Shown: positions 1 through 7,030 of the stretch, in pieces
Numbering within the stretch: the stretch's first letter is position 1
How the letters are laid out: every line of letters begins with the position of its first letter
From: an uncultured bacterium
Lineage (GTDB): Bacteria; Gemmatimonadota; Gemmatimonadetes; JACCXV01; JAHWKZ01
Length of the DNA stretch: 42,943 bases
Assembly (NCBI GenBank): GCA_965365605.1
Contig: CBDUCI010000001.1
Location: forward strand, 1 to 42,943
Direction of reading: 5' to 3'
The notes under the pieces: model-generated
The model's database searches: none
The model's input: only the letters and a program-made list of their open reading frames with translations
Told to the model about the DNA's origin: nothing
Position numbers and translations under genes: made by a program

Positions 1-232
1 CGGACAGCGGCGGGAGCTGGAGCGAGAAGAAGAACAGCGACCAGCCGATAGCGGCGGATCCGAGCATGTCGGTCCAGTAGAGCCAGGGCTTCGGAGCGAA
101 CTCGCTCGCGATCCGCTTCATGAAGCCGTCATGAAACCCGTTGAAGTAGTCGAGCACCTCACGCGCCTCGTCGACGCTCGACACTTCGAAATTGTTGTCA
201 CCAGCCGTCAGGCTACTCCTGGGGAGGACCAT
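1..232 (-). CDS. Partial CDS (start codon in window, continues past window start): membrane protein with desaturase-like N-terminus (tentative)
   Basis: Minus-strand frame is open from ATG 232 to the window edge: MVLPRSSLTAGDNNFEVSSVDEAREVLDYFNGFHDGFMKRIASEFAPKPWLYWTDMLGSAAIGWSLFFFSLQLPPLS. A soluble lead-in is followed by a hydrophobic segment. The KPxxYWxD-plus-TM pattern resembles N-termini of membrane fatty-acid desaturases (recall only). It is not in the ORF track because no stop lies in the window. Confidence 0.35.
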   Translation of the reverse strand, partial: MVLPRSSLTAGDNNFEVSSVDEAREVLDYFNGFHDGFMKRIASEFAPKPWLYWTDMLGSAAIGWSLFFFSLQLPPLS

Positions 233-689
233 TGAGGGTGTCGGGGACGGTTCGGCGGAACCGTTGATCAGGCGGCTCGTGGTCCCAATCACGGGGCCGC
301 CGGGGACCCCGAAAACTCGGCGGACGCATGAAGCCCGGTCGCATCCGCGTGCGCGTTTCGAGTCGCTCTTTCTGCTCGGCGGTCAAGATGGGGTCGAGCT
401 CGGCACGAACGGAATCGCGAAGCGCCTCCATCTCGCGGTGCGACCGCTCCAGTATCTCGTGAAACCTGGGGCCGATCCGCTCGAGCACGTCGTGGATCGC
501 CTCGGCCTGCTCTTCGTCCTCGGGCTGGATCGCATGCTCGAGAAAGAACGCGAAACCACCCGGACGCCGGAGTTCGGTCAAGTGCTGCAAGCGCCGATTG
601 ACGATCGCGCCGGAGATGACCCCACCCAGCACAATCCCGATCAGCAAGGTAGCACTCAAGATGAGCACCGATTTTGTGCGCGCTCTCAC
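213..689 (-). CDS. Periplasmic LTXXQ-motif (Spy/CpxP-family-like) protein
   Basis: N-terminal hydrophobic segment LILSATLLIGIVLGGVISGAIV; LTAEQKERL is an LTXXQ motif; charged helical composition. Its start abuts the stop of the upstream gene (690), making it the last gene of the ECF sigma operon. Confidence 0.6.
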   Translation of the reverse strand: MRARTKSVLILSATLLIGIVLGGVISGAIVNRRLQHLTELRRPGGFAFFLEHAIQPEDEEQAEAIHDVLERIGPRFHEILERSHREMEALRDSVRAELDPILTAEQKERLETRTRMRPGFMRPPSFRGPRRPRDWDHEPPDQRFRRTVPDTLNGPPQE

Positions 690-1007
690 TTACGCCCCCG
701 AAAGGAGGAACAGGGTCTCAAGCGATTGCGAAGGTAGTCCCAGCATGGACTCCAGTGTCGATGTATACACGCCCAGGTTTCCCGGCTCCATCACGTTGTA
801 CGCGCCGACCGCGATCGCCAGCACCGCCGCGGCGGTCGCCACGCGCAGAAACCCCCAACGCAAGGCAGCATCGATCGACTCGAAACCGTTACGGGACTCC
901 TCGCTCTCGATCCGCCGCATCACACGCGAAGCGAAGAATGGCCCGAACCGGCTCGGCTCCCCGCCGTCCAAAAGTTGGCGAAGTGTATTCAGGCGATCGT
1001 CACTCAT
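690..1007 (-). CDS. Small single-pass membrane protein, possible sigma-associated/anti-sigma factor (by position only)
   Basis: Starts 14 nt after the ECF sigma stop. One TM segment (LRVATAAAVLAIAVGAYNV). No zf-HC2 HxxxCxxC motif, so the role is inferred from operon position alone. Confidence 0.45.
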   Translation of the reverse strand: MSDDRLNTLRQLLDGGEPSRFGPFFASRVMRRIESEESRNGFESIDAALRWGFLRVATAAAVLAIAVGAYNVMEPGNLGVYTSTLESMLGLPSQSLETLFLLSGA

Positions 1008-1021
1008 CTGACCGTTCTCTC

Positions 1022-1618
1022 CTACGACTCGGCCACTAGTGGGCCGAGCACCGCTTCCAGTTTGTCCAACGCGCGCGATAGACGCGATGTCACCGTCCCG
1101 ACCGGCAACCCCAATATCTCCGCCGTCTCCCGCGTCGAGTACCCCTCGATCATACGCAACACGACAACCGATCTATGATCGACCGTGAGGGTTTGGATCG
1201 CGCGCCGCACGAGCTCGGCGCGTTCCCGCGCGCTCATCTCTTCTCTGGCGTCGCGCACGGAATCAGCCAACATCACCTCCTCCTCGTCGCGGCTAACAAA
1301 CCGCTTCGTCCATCGCTGCCGTCGTTTGATCGCGTCGAGTGACTGGTTGATCGCGATCCTGGTAAGGTACGTCGCGATCGACGACTCTCCCCGGAAACCG
1401 TCCAACGAGCGGTAGAACCGGATGAACGTTTCCTGGCCGGCATCCTCCGCCTCTTCGCCGTTGCCGAGCATTCCGATCACCGTCGCAGCCACTCGCCCCT
1501 CGTAGCGCTCGACCAACTGCCGGAACGCGGAATCGTCGCCACGCCGAGCACCATCGAGGAGCTCCTCGTCGGTTGGTTGACCTGTAACTCGATTACGTTC
1601 GCTCGTCGATCCCTGCAT
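1022..1618 (-). CDS. ECF-type RNA polymerase sigma-70 family factor
   Basis: Region 2 (ETFIRFYRSLDGFRGESSIATYLTRIAINQSLD) and region 4 HTH (EGYSTRETAEILGLPVGTVTSRLSRALDKL); about 198 aa, typical ECF size. Confidence 0.9.
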   Translation of the reverse strand: MQGSTSERNRVTGQPTDEELLDGARRGDDSAFRQLVERYEGRVAATVIGMLGNGEEAEDAGQETFIRFYRSLDGFRGESSIATYLTRIAINQSLDAIKRRQRWTKRFVSRDEEEVMLADSVRDAREEMSARERAELVRRAIQTLTVDHRSVVVLRMIEGYSTRETAEILGLPVGTVTSRLSRALDKLEAVLGPLVAES

Positions 1619-1660
1619 GCAGATGTCGGGTCGCGGCCTGCGACCAAATGCGTGGCCTCG

Positions 1661-1688
1661 ATTCTAGATCGCGCGAGCGATGTCGCAA
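1661..1688 (-). promoter_or_regulatory. Putative sigma70-type promoter for the ECF sigma operon
   Basis: On the minus strand: TTGCGA (1688-1683), 16-nt spacer, TAGAAT (1666-1661), about 40 nt upstream of ATG 1618. Sequence match only. Confidence 0.35.
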
Positions 1689-2025
1689 AACCGCTTGTCG
1701 GCACCATCACATACCACGGAAGCCACCGAACGGGCCTCGCGGAACCGCCTCGTCGCAGGCACCCAAACCAAGCGTCGGTACCAGGAGCGTCACCACCGTT
1801 GCGTGGCGACCCTCTTCCAGATCGTCATCGCACTCTCCTCAAGTCCTAGCATTCATATCCAAATTTTCCAAGACTCCACCATTCATCTGATCCTTAGACC
1901 CCGGATCGGGTGACTCCATTCCAAAGGCCGACTGGGAGTCGATCAGGCCTGTGGGGCCTCTAATGAAATGACAGCAGCCAGGGAGATCTCGAAATCGATA
2001 CCACTCACAAAGGAGAGCCAGAACG

Positions 2026-2451
2026 ATGATCAAGTTGAGAACCCTGCTCCTTGCGGCGGTCCTGCTCGGTGTGGCGATGCCAGCAACGGCGCAGGAGCGA
2101 GGAAAGAGAGGCGGCCCCCCGGGGGATCCCGCAGCGCACATCGACCAGCTGATCGAGGAGCTCGGTCTGTCCGCCGATCAAGCGTCCCAGGTGCGTCCGA
2201 TCCTCGAAGAGAGCATGGACCAGCGGCGCGCTCTGTTCGAGGGCCATCGGGCCGGCCAGGGCCACCCCGATCGATCGCAAATGCAGGCTTTGCGCGCCGA
2301 AATGGATGCGATCAGGGAGCAAACCGACGCGCAGTTGACGGAAGTCCTGACCGCCGATCAGATGGCTCAGCTCCGGGAGATCAGGGCCTCAAGGCAGGCC
2401 CGGCATCGAGCCCATCGCAAGTCACGCAGGGGCGGGCGCACCGACACGTAG
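2026..2451 (+). CDS. Periplasmic LTXXQ-motif (Spy/CpxP-family-like) protein
   Basis: Signal peptide MIKLRTLLLAAVLLGVAMPATAQ; LSADQASQV and LTADQMAQL motifs; helical and charged. Divergent from the ECF sigma operon. Confidence 0.6.
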   Translation: MIKLRTLLLAAVLLGVAMPATAQERGKRGGPPGDPAAHIDQLIEELGLSADQASQVRPILEESMDQRRALFEGHRAGQGHPDRSQMQALRAEMDAIREQTDAQLTEVLTADQMAQLREIRASRQARHRAHRKSRRGGRTDT

Positions 2452-2478
2452 TCGGCCCGCGATCGATACGTATAAGGT

Positions 2479-2498
2479 CGGGCGCCGGTCGGCGCCCG
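2479..2498. terminator. GC-rich hairpin between convergent genes (possible bidirectional terminator)
   Basis: CGGGCGCCG-gt-CGGCGCCCG, perfect 9-bp arms, lying between the 2451 (+) and 2527 (-) gene ends. There is no clear U-tract on either side. Confidence 0.35.
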
Positions 2499-2526
2499 GC
2501 CTAATGCGTGGCCCAAGAATTCCCCG

Positions 2527-3828
2527 TTACAACGAGGTGAACAACTCCTCGTCGATCTTCGCCGGGTCACCAAGGACAGCAAAATGGAGATCTTTCAGGT
2601 ACTTAGCGGCGACCCGTTGAATGTCGGCCGGCGTGACGTCATGGATGCGATCGATGAACTCGAGCGCCTGTTCCCAACCCCCACCCGCCAACTCGAACGT
2701 ACCCAGCGCAGCGGCCAAGCCCATGTTCGTCTCCTGGCCCATCCAGTAACGGGTAGCGAACACGTTGACGCTCTCCTTGAGCCGCTCCTCGGTGATCGGC
2801 TCGGTCTTGAGTCGCTCGACCTCGTGGTACATGACCTTGAGCGTGGTGTCCGGCTCGACCGCCGTCACGTACAGCAACCCGTAGTTGGCGCGCCGCTGTG
2901 AGAGTCCCGAAAAGACCGCGTACGTCAAGTTACGCTTGGTGCGGACTTCCTCGAACAACCGATCGGACAAGATGTTGAGCCCCACCCTCAGCGGCGCGTA
3001 ATCCGGATCACCGGGCGGCGGCGTCACAAACTGCCCGCGGATGTAGTTGGTCGGCAGTTCGCGCTCGACGACGTTGACGTCTGGGCCACCCGGCTCCGCA
3101 TCGATCGTCTCGGGCGCCCTCCCTCCAGCTGTCGGTAAAGCACCAAACTCGGCCGTGATCTTGGCTTCCAGATCGGCCCGGTCGACGTTGCCAACGACGA
3201 CAAACAACAAGTTCTCCTTGGTCAACCGGCGCGCGTGCCAACTGGCCAAATCTTCAGCGGTCATCGACTCGATCGCTTCAACCGTCCCATTCGGATCGAT
3301 GGCGTACGGGTGACCGGCGTACAACAGTTCGTTGGCCAACAGCGCCAGATACTGATCGGGGTCATCCTCGCGGCCCTTGAGCGCATTGATGATCTGCTCG
3401 CGCACCAGCTCGACCTCGTTCTCTGGAAACGTCGGATGGAGAACCGCTTGCGAGAAAAGGTCCCACGACTCATCCCAGTAGTCGGTCACCGCTTGGACTG
3501 TCATCACCGAATAGTCGTGAAACGCCTGACCGTTGAACGCCGTCCCGGTGGCAGCAGAACGAGAGGCGAATGCGTCTTTGTCGTATTTCTCAGTGCCTCG
3601 CGTGGCTACAGCTCCGATGAACCGCTCTACCCCGGCGGTTTCAGGCGTCAGCGCAGCGCTGCCGCCTTTTACGTACAGTTGCACTGCGATCACGTCGTTG
3701 GCTTCGATCGGGCGGTGCACGACATCGATGCCAGCCACGCTGAACTCTTGTACATCCTGAGCATGCAACGCGGAGGACAGTGACGACAGCATGAGTGCGG
3801 CGGCGAACAGCATGGCGATCCGGTTCAC
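2527..3828 (-). CDS. M16-family peptidase, non-catalytic (beta-like) partner subunit
   Basis: Signal peptide MLFAAALMLSSLSSALHAQ, M16 two-domain architecture, no HxxEH motif. GTG 3828 overlaps the upstream stop as GTGA (ATG 3813 is an alternative). The 718-aa track ORF is an out-of-frame upstream extension into the neighbouring gene. Confidence 0.8.
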   Translation of the reverse strand: MNRIAMLFAAALMLSSLSSALHAQDVQEFSVAGIDVVHRPIEANDVIAVQLYVKGGSAALTPETAGVERFIGAVATRGTEKYDKDAFASRSAATGTAFNGQAFHDYSVMTVQAVTDYWDESWDLFSQAVLHPTFPENEVELVREQIINALKGREDDPDQYLALLANELLYAGHPYAIDPNGTVEAIESMTAEDLASWHARRLTKENLLFVVVGNVDRADLEAKITAEFGALPTAGGRAPETIDAEPGGPDVNVVERELPTNYIRGQFVTPPPGDPDYAPLRVGLNILSDRLFEEVRTKRNLTYAVFSGLSQRRANYGLLYVTAVEPDTTLKVMYHEVERLKTEPITEERLKESVNVFATRYWMGQETNMGLAAALGTFELAGGGWEQALEFIDRIHDVTPADIQRVAAKYLKDLHFAVLGDPAKIDEELFTSL

Positions 3829-5189
3829 AGCGTCACCTCCTGGGCCAACAGATCCTCGGCTTTGAGATCCACCGATGCCCGCGCCTCGGGGCTGATCAAC
3901 GCGCCCGACACATGCGGCTTGCCCAGCATGTAGCGCTGGGTAAAGGCGGCTATATCCTCGACCGTCACGGCCTGCATATTGGGCACGTACCCGAGGTAGT
4001 AGTCGAGGTCGGCGACGGCCCACCAGTAGCCCACCGTGTGGGCGAGCGACGAAGCGCGCTCGCGAGCGTAGGTCTGGTTGACTGCGACTTGGTTGCGAGC
4101 CGCGGCGAGCTCTTCCTCGGTGACGTAGCCGGGCTCGGCCATCTTCCCAACCTCGGTAAGCATCGCCCGGTGCAGCTCGAGTGCCTTCTCGGGCGTGGTT
4201 TGGGCGGTTATCGAAATCGGCCCCACGTGCGCCATGGTCGAGTACGCGAACCCCGCGTTGAACGCCAAGCCGGTATCGACCAGCGCCTTCTGAAACCGGC
4301 TGGCCGGGTTGGAGAGGATCGGGATTAGGACGTCCGCTACGTAAGTCGAACCTGGATCCTCGGTCACGCTCGGTCCCTGCCATTCGATTTGGACGGTGAC
4401 CGTGTTGACGGGCTGCTCGACGACGACAGCCCGGTTTGCAGCCAGCGTTGGCGGGTCTGGGACCGGCGTGTCGAACGGATCGGCACCCGCGGACCAGTCG
4501 CCAAACACCTCTTCGCCAAGCGCGAAACCCTCCTCGGGGCTGATCGCGCCGGAGAGGATCAGCGCGGTGTTGTTGGGCACGTAAAACCGCTCCTGAATCG
4601 TCCGCATCTTCTGCGGTGGCGTCGTGCCTAGGACTTCGCGATCTCCGATCACGTTCTTGCGTGACCAGTACTCTGGCGACCACAGCAGTGTGTCGATGGC
4701 CCGTCCGAAGTGGAAAAACGGATTCGACTCGGCGCGATCGTACTCCCCCAACACGACCGGTCGTTCACGCACCAGCTCTTCCTCGAGGAACAGCGGATAC
4801 CGGATGGCGTCTTCCATGAATTGCAACGCCGGTCGGAGGCTGTCCACGCCGACCGTGATGAAGTAGTTGACCCGCTCGCCCGAAGTGGTGCCGTTCCACG
4901 CCGCACCCAGCTCGTTCAGCCGCTCCAGGTACGCTTCCTGATTGGGTATCGTGCGATTGGCCTTGAAGAACATGTGTTCGTAGAGGTGAGACAAGCCGTC
5001 ATATTCCGGCGTCTCGGTGTACGCGCCGTTTTTGACGTCCAGCTCGATCGTCACCAACGGAACCGCGCGGTTCTCGATGACGATTACTTCCAGGCCATTT
5101 TCGAGTGTCTTACTATGGATCGGCAGCTCAGTCTGACCAAACAGCGGCGCGGTCCAGACGATCGCTGCGACCGCGAGTACCTTTCGCAT
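3825..5189 (-). CDS. M16-family zinc peptidase (insulinase/PqqL-like), catalytic subunit
   Basis: Signal peptide MRKVLAVAAIVWTAPLFGQ; inverted zinc motif HLYEH (HxxEH) about 65 aa in; 454 aa. Confidence 0.85.
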   Translation of the reverse strand: MRKVLAVAAIVWTAPLFGQTELPIHSKTLENGLEVIVIENRAVPLVTIELDVKNGAYTETPEYDGLSHLYEHMFFKANRTIPNQEAYLERLNELGAAWNGTTSGERVNYFITVGVDSLRPALQFMEDAIRYPLFLEEELVRERPVVLGEYDRAESNPFFHFGRAIDTLLWSPEYWSRKNVIGDREVLGTTPPQKMRTIQERFYVPNNTALILSGAISPEEGFALGEEVFGDWSAGADPFDTPVPDPPTLAANRAVVVEQPVNTVTVQIEWQGPSVTEDPGSTYVADVLIPILSNPASRFQKALVDTGLAFNAGFAYSTMAHVGPISITAQTTPEKALELHRAMLTEVGKMAEPGYVTEEELAAARNQVAVNQTYARERASSLAHTVGYWWAVADLDYYLGYVPNMQAVTVEDIAAFTQRYMLGKPHVSGALISPEARASVDLKAEDLLAQEVTL

Positions 5190-5263
5190 CGGACCTCCCT
5201 TATGTGATGGCTACGCCAGTATCTGGAAAAACGAGGCTCGCGGGGTCGTTGTTCAAGTTACGG

Positions 5264-5303
5264 GTAACAAAACGGGGCCGCCCGATTCGCCGGGTGGCCC
5301 CGT
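5264..5303 (-). terminator. Rho-independent terminator of the 5327-6133 lipoprotein gene
   Basis: Minus strand: ACGGGGCC (5303-5296), 16-nt loop with an inner CCCG/CGGG pairing, GGCCCCGT (5279-5272), then TTTTGTT (5271-5265). Lies 24 nt after the stop at 5327. Confidence 0.6.
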
Positions 5304-5326
5304 AAATTGCAAACGTCAGATGAGTC

Positions 5327-6133
5327 CTACAAACCGACCGGGCTGGTCGTGACCCATACCAGGCCGGTGCCCGATTCGACAGCGACCTCGTAATCTCCAC
5401 GCGCCTGGCCCACACCGGCACCGCCGGCGCCGCCTATGACACCGCCGATGACCGCACCCTTCTTGCCGCCGATGATACCGCCGATCACGGCGCCACTTCC
5501 GGCTCCGATCGCAGTTTCCTTGGTCGGGAACCCACTGTCGCGATAGCTCTCTCCAGCGGCGACGGGGTCGGCCGCAATGGCCCGCGAGCCGGAGCTCGTC
5601 TCGACCGTGCGCGCCTCGAGCGTCATCGACCCGTACCCACCGTTGCGGTCGCCTTCATCGATGGCCGCGATCACGCCCCTCACCGTGGCCCCACTCGGGA
5701 TGACGACATACCCATTGATGAGCACGTCCTCGTTGACCCGTGCGGTCCACTCCTGACCAACTTCATTGTTCTCGGAATCAATTCGTGACAGCAGCGTAGT
5801 CGGGATCCGCGTGCCGGCCGGAATCGCGCTCGGCGCCGCCGGCCGTACCTCCGCAGGCGGGGCCTCGGGCTCCGCTGGTGGCGGGGGTGGCGGGGGCGTC
5901 TCGCGGACGATGACCGTGCGTGTGATGACCTGCGGCTCGGGCTCAGGCTCCTCGACAAAGTCGACTTCCTCTTCGGTCGGCTCCGCCTCGCCAAGTGCGA
6001 TCGGGCCCTGGGCCTCGACGACGATCGGCAGATCCGGATCGACCTGCTCGTCCTCCCGGTTGCACCCCAGCGCGACCAGGCCTGCGAGCGCCACCAGCAC
6101 GATTGGATATGATCGGTAGAGGCTAGAGCGCAT
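5327..6133 (-). CDS. Lipoprotein with proline/glutamate-rich linker and C-terminal glycine-zipper
   Basis: Lipobox LVALGC; acidic/proline tract (EPEPEPQ..., PPPPPPPAEPEAPPAE); C-terminal GAGSGAVIGGIIGGKKGAVIGGVIGGAGGAGVG GxxxG zipper. Confidence 0.7.
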   Translation of the reverse strand: MRSSLYRSYPIVLVALAGLVALGCNREDEQVDPDLPIVVEAQGPIALGEAEPTEEEVDFVEEPEPEPQVITRTVIVRETPPPPPPPAEPEAPPAEVRPAAPSAIPAGTRIPTTLLSRIDSENNEVGQEWTARVNEDVLINGYVVIPSGATVRGVIAAIDEGDRNGGYGSMTLEARTVETSSGSRAIAADPVAAGESYRDSGFPTKETAIGAGSGAVIGGIIGGKKGAVIGGVIGGAGGAGVGQARGDYEVAVESGTGLVWVTTSPVGL

Positions 6134-6456
6134 GATATCCTCCTCTGGAAATCAGCTTGATTGAGCCACCAACGGTGTAATAGCGGCATGTGTTGTGTTT
6201 TGTTCCCCTTCTCCTCGACGGGCCCCAACGTCCTAGCCATTACACACCGCTGAGGACGGCCGACATCCTCCAGCGCGGTGTGAGCGCGCGATCGATTTGT
6301 AGAACGAAGTTTGTCGAAGCACGAATGGAAAAACGTGAGATAGATCCCACCCAACTTGTGCTCGTCAATACGCTGGCAGGACAAAAAAGAAGTCTGCGCG
6401 ATTCACCGATCCAAAAAAGCACGAGAAAACTCGTCTAAAAAAACTTTCGACAAGTA

Positions 6457-6486
6457 TTGCGAAAAAACAGTGCGTTGTGATAGACT
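6457..6486 (+). promoter_or_regulatory. Putative promoter of the basic repeat protein gene
   Basis: TTGCGA (6457-6462), 18-nt spacer, TGa-TAGACT extended -10 (6478-6486). Sits in an A/T-tract-rich region. A GGAGG RBS (6530-6534) lies 8 nt before ATG 6543. Sequence match only. Confidence 0.3.
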
Positions 6487-6542
6487 TTTTTTGTCGCGCG
6501 GTCTTAACGATCGCAGTGGACTGAGCTCAGGAGGAAAAACGT

Positions 6543-6968
6543 ATGGCTGCTGCAGCCAGAAAAAAGAAGTCGACCAGAAAAAGAAAGAAGGCTACGCGAA
6601 AGCGCAAGGCCCCTAGAAAGAGAAAGAAGAAGGCCACGCGCAAACGCAAAGCCACCAGAAAGAGAAAGGTAACGAGAAAGAAGAAGGCCACTCGGAAGAG
6701 GAAGAAGAAGGCCACTCGGAAGAGGAAGAAGAAGGCCACTCGGAAGAGAAAGAAGAAGGCCACTCGGAAGAGAAAGAAAAAGGCCACTCGGAAGAGAAAG
6801 AAGAAGGCCACTCGGAAGAGAAAGAAAAAGGCCACCAAGAAGAGGAAGAAGAAGGCCACTCGGAAGAGAAAGAAAAAGGCCACCAAGAAGAGAAAGGCGC
6901 CTCGGAAGAGAAAGAAGGCCACTCGGAAGAGGAAGAAGAAGGCCACTCGGAAGAGAAAAAAACGCTGA
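6543..6968 (+). CDS. Extremely basic Lys/Arg tandem-repeat protein (histone H1-like / nucleoid-associated candidate)
   Basis: ATG preceded by GGAGG. 141 aa, of which 100 are K or R by my count, with no acidic or aromatic residues. About 18 copies of ATRKRKKK. The 5' copies keep the peptide but use different codons, arguing for selection on the protein. A terminator hairpin follows. Confidence 0.7.
   Translation: MAAAARKKKSTRKRKKATRKRKAPRKRKKKATRKRKATRKRKVTRKKKATRKRKKKATRKRKKKATRKRKKKATRKRKKKATRKRKKKATRKRKKKATKKRKKKATRKRKKKATKKRKAPRKRKKATRKRKKKATRKRKKR
6561..6965 (+). repeat. 24-nt tandem repeat array (GCC ACT CGG AAG AGR AAG AAR AAG), purine-rich strand
   Basis: Twelve phased units from 6687 to 6965: six near-identical 24-nt copies starting at 6687, 6711, 6735, 6759, 6783 and 6807, then variants. 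Six more degenerate units lie at 6561-6686. All are in frame with the CDS. Confidence 0.9.
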
Positions 6969-7003
6969 GCGACCGGTTTCGACCGTCGCGACGTGTTCAC
7001 GAG

Positions 7004-7030
7004 AGCCCGCTTCGGCGGGCTTTCGTGCTT
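7004..7030 (+). terminator. Rho-independent terminator after the basic repeat protein gene
   Basis: AGCCCGC (7004-7010), loop TTCG, GCGGGCT (7015-7021), followed by TTCGTGCTT. It overlaps the GTG start (7025) of dacB. Confidence 0.5.

Noticed and set aside
1741-1768. ECF-type promoter-like GGAACC-N16-CCAAAC facing the second LTXXQ gene
   Set aside because: It is only a partial match to ECF consensus elements, lies about 260 nt from the nearest start codon, and I cannot evaluate background frequency. It is mentioned in a finding but not annotated.
3829-4683. N-terminal 284 codons of the 718-aa track ORF (2527..4683)
   Set aside because: The composition is Arg/Gly/Ala/Pro-rich (RRSRSPRHD..., GRARRGSQPSRSQPD...) and lies out of frame over the well-supported M16 gene at 3825-5189. 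The real protein starts with a signal peptide at GTG 3828 or ATG 3813.
5680-6384. 234-aa minus-strand ORF overlapping the glycine-zipper lipoprotein gene in another frame
   Set aside because: Its Arg/Ser-rich composition marks it as a frame-shadow of the proline/glutamate-rich coding region. The lipoprotein frame has a lipobox and a terminator.
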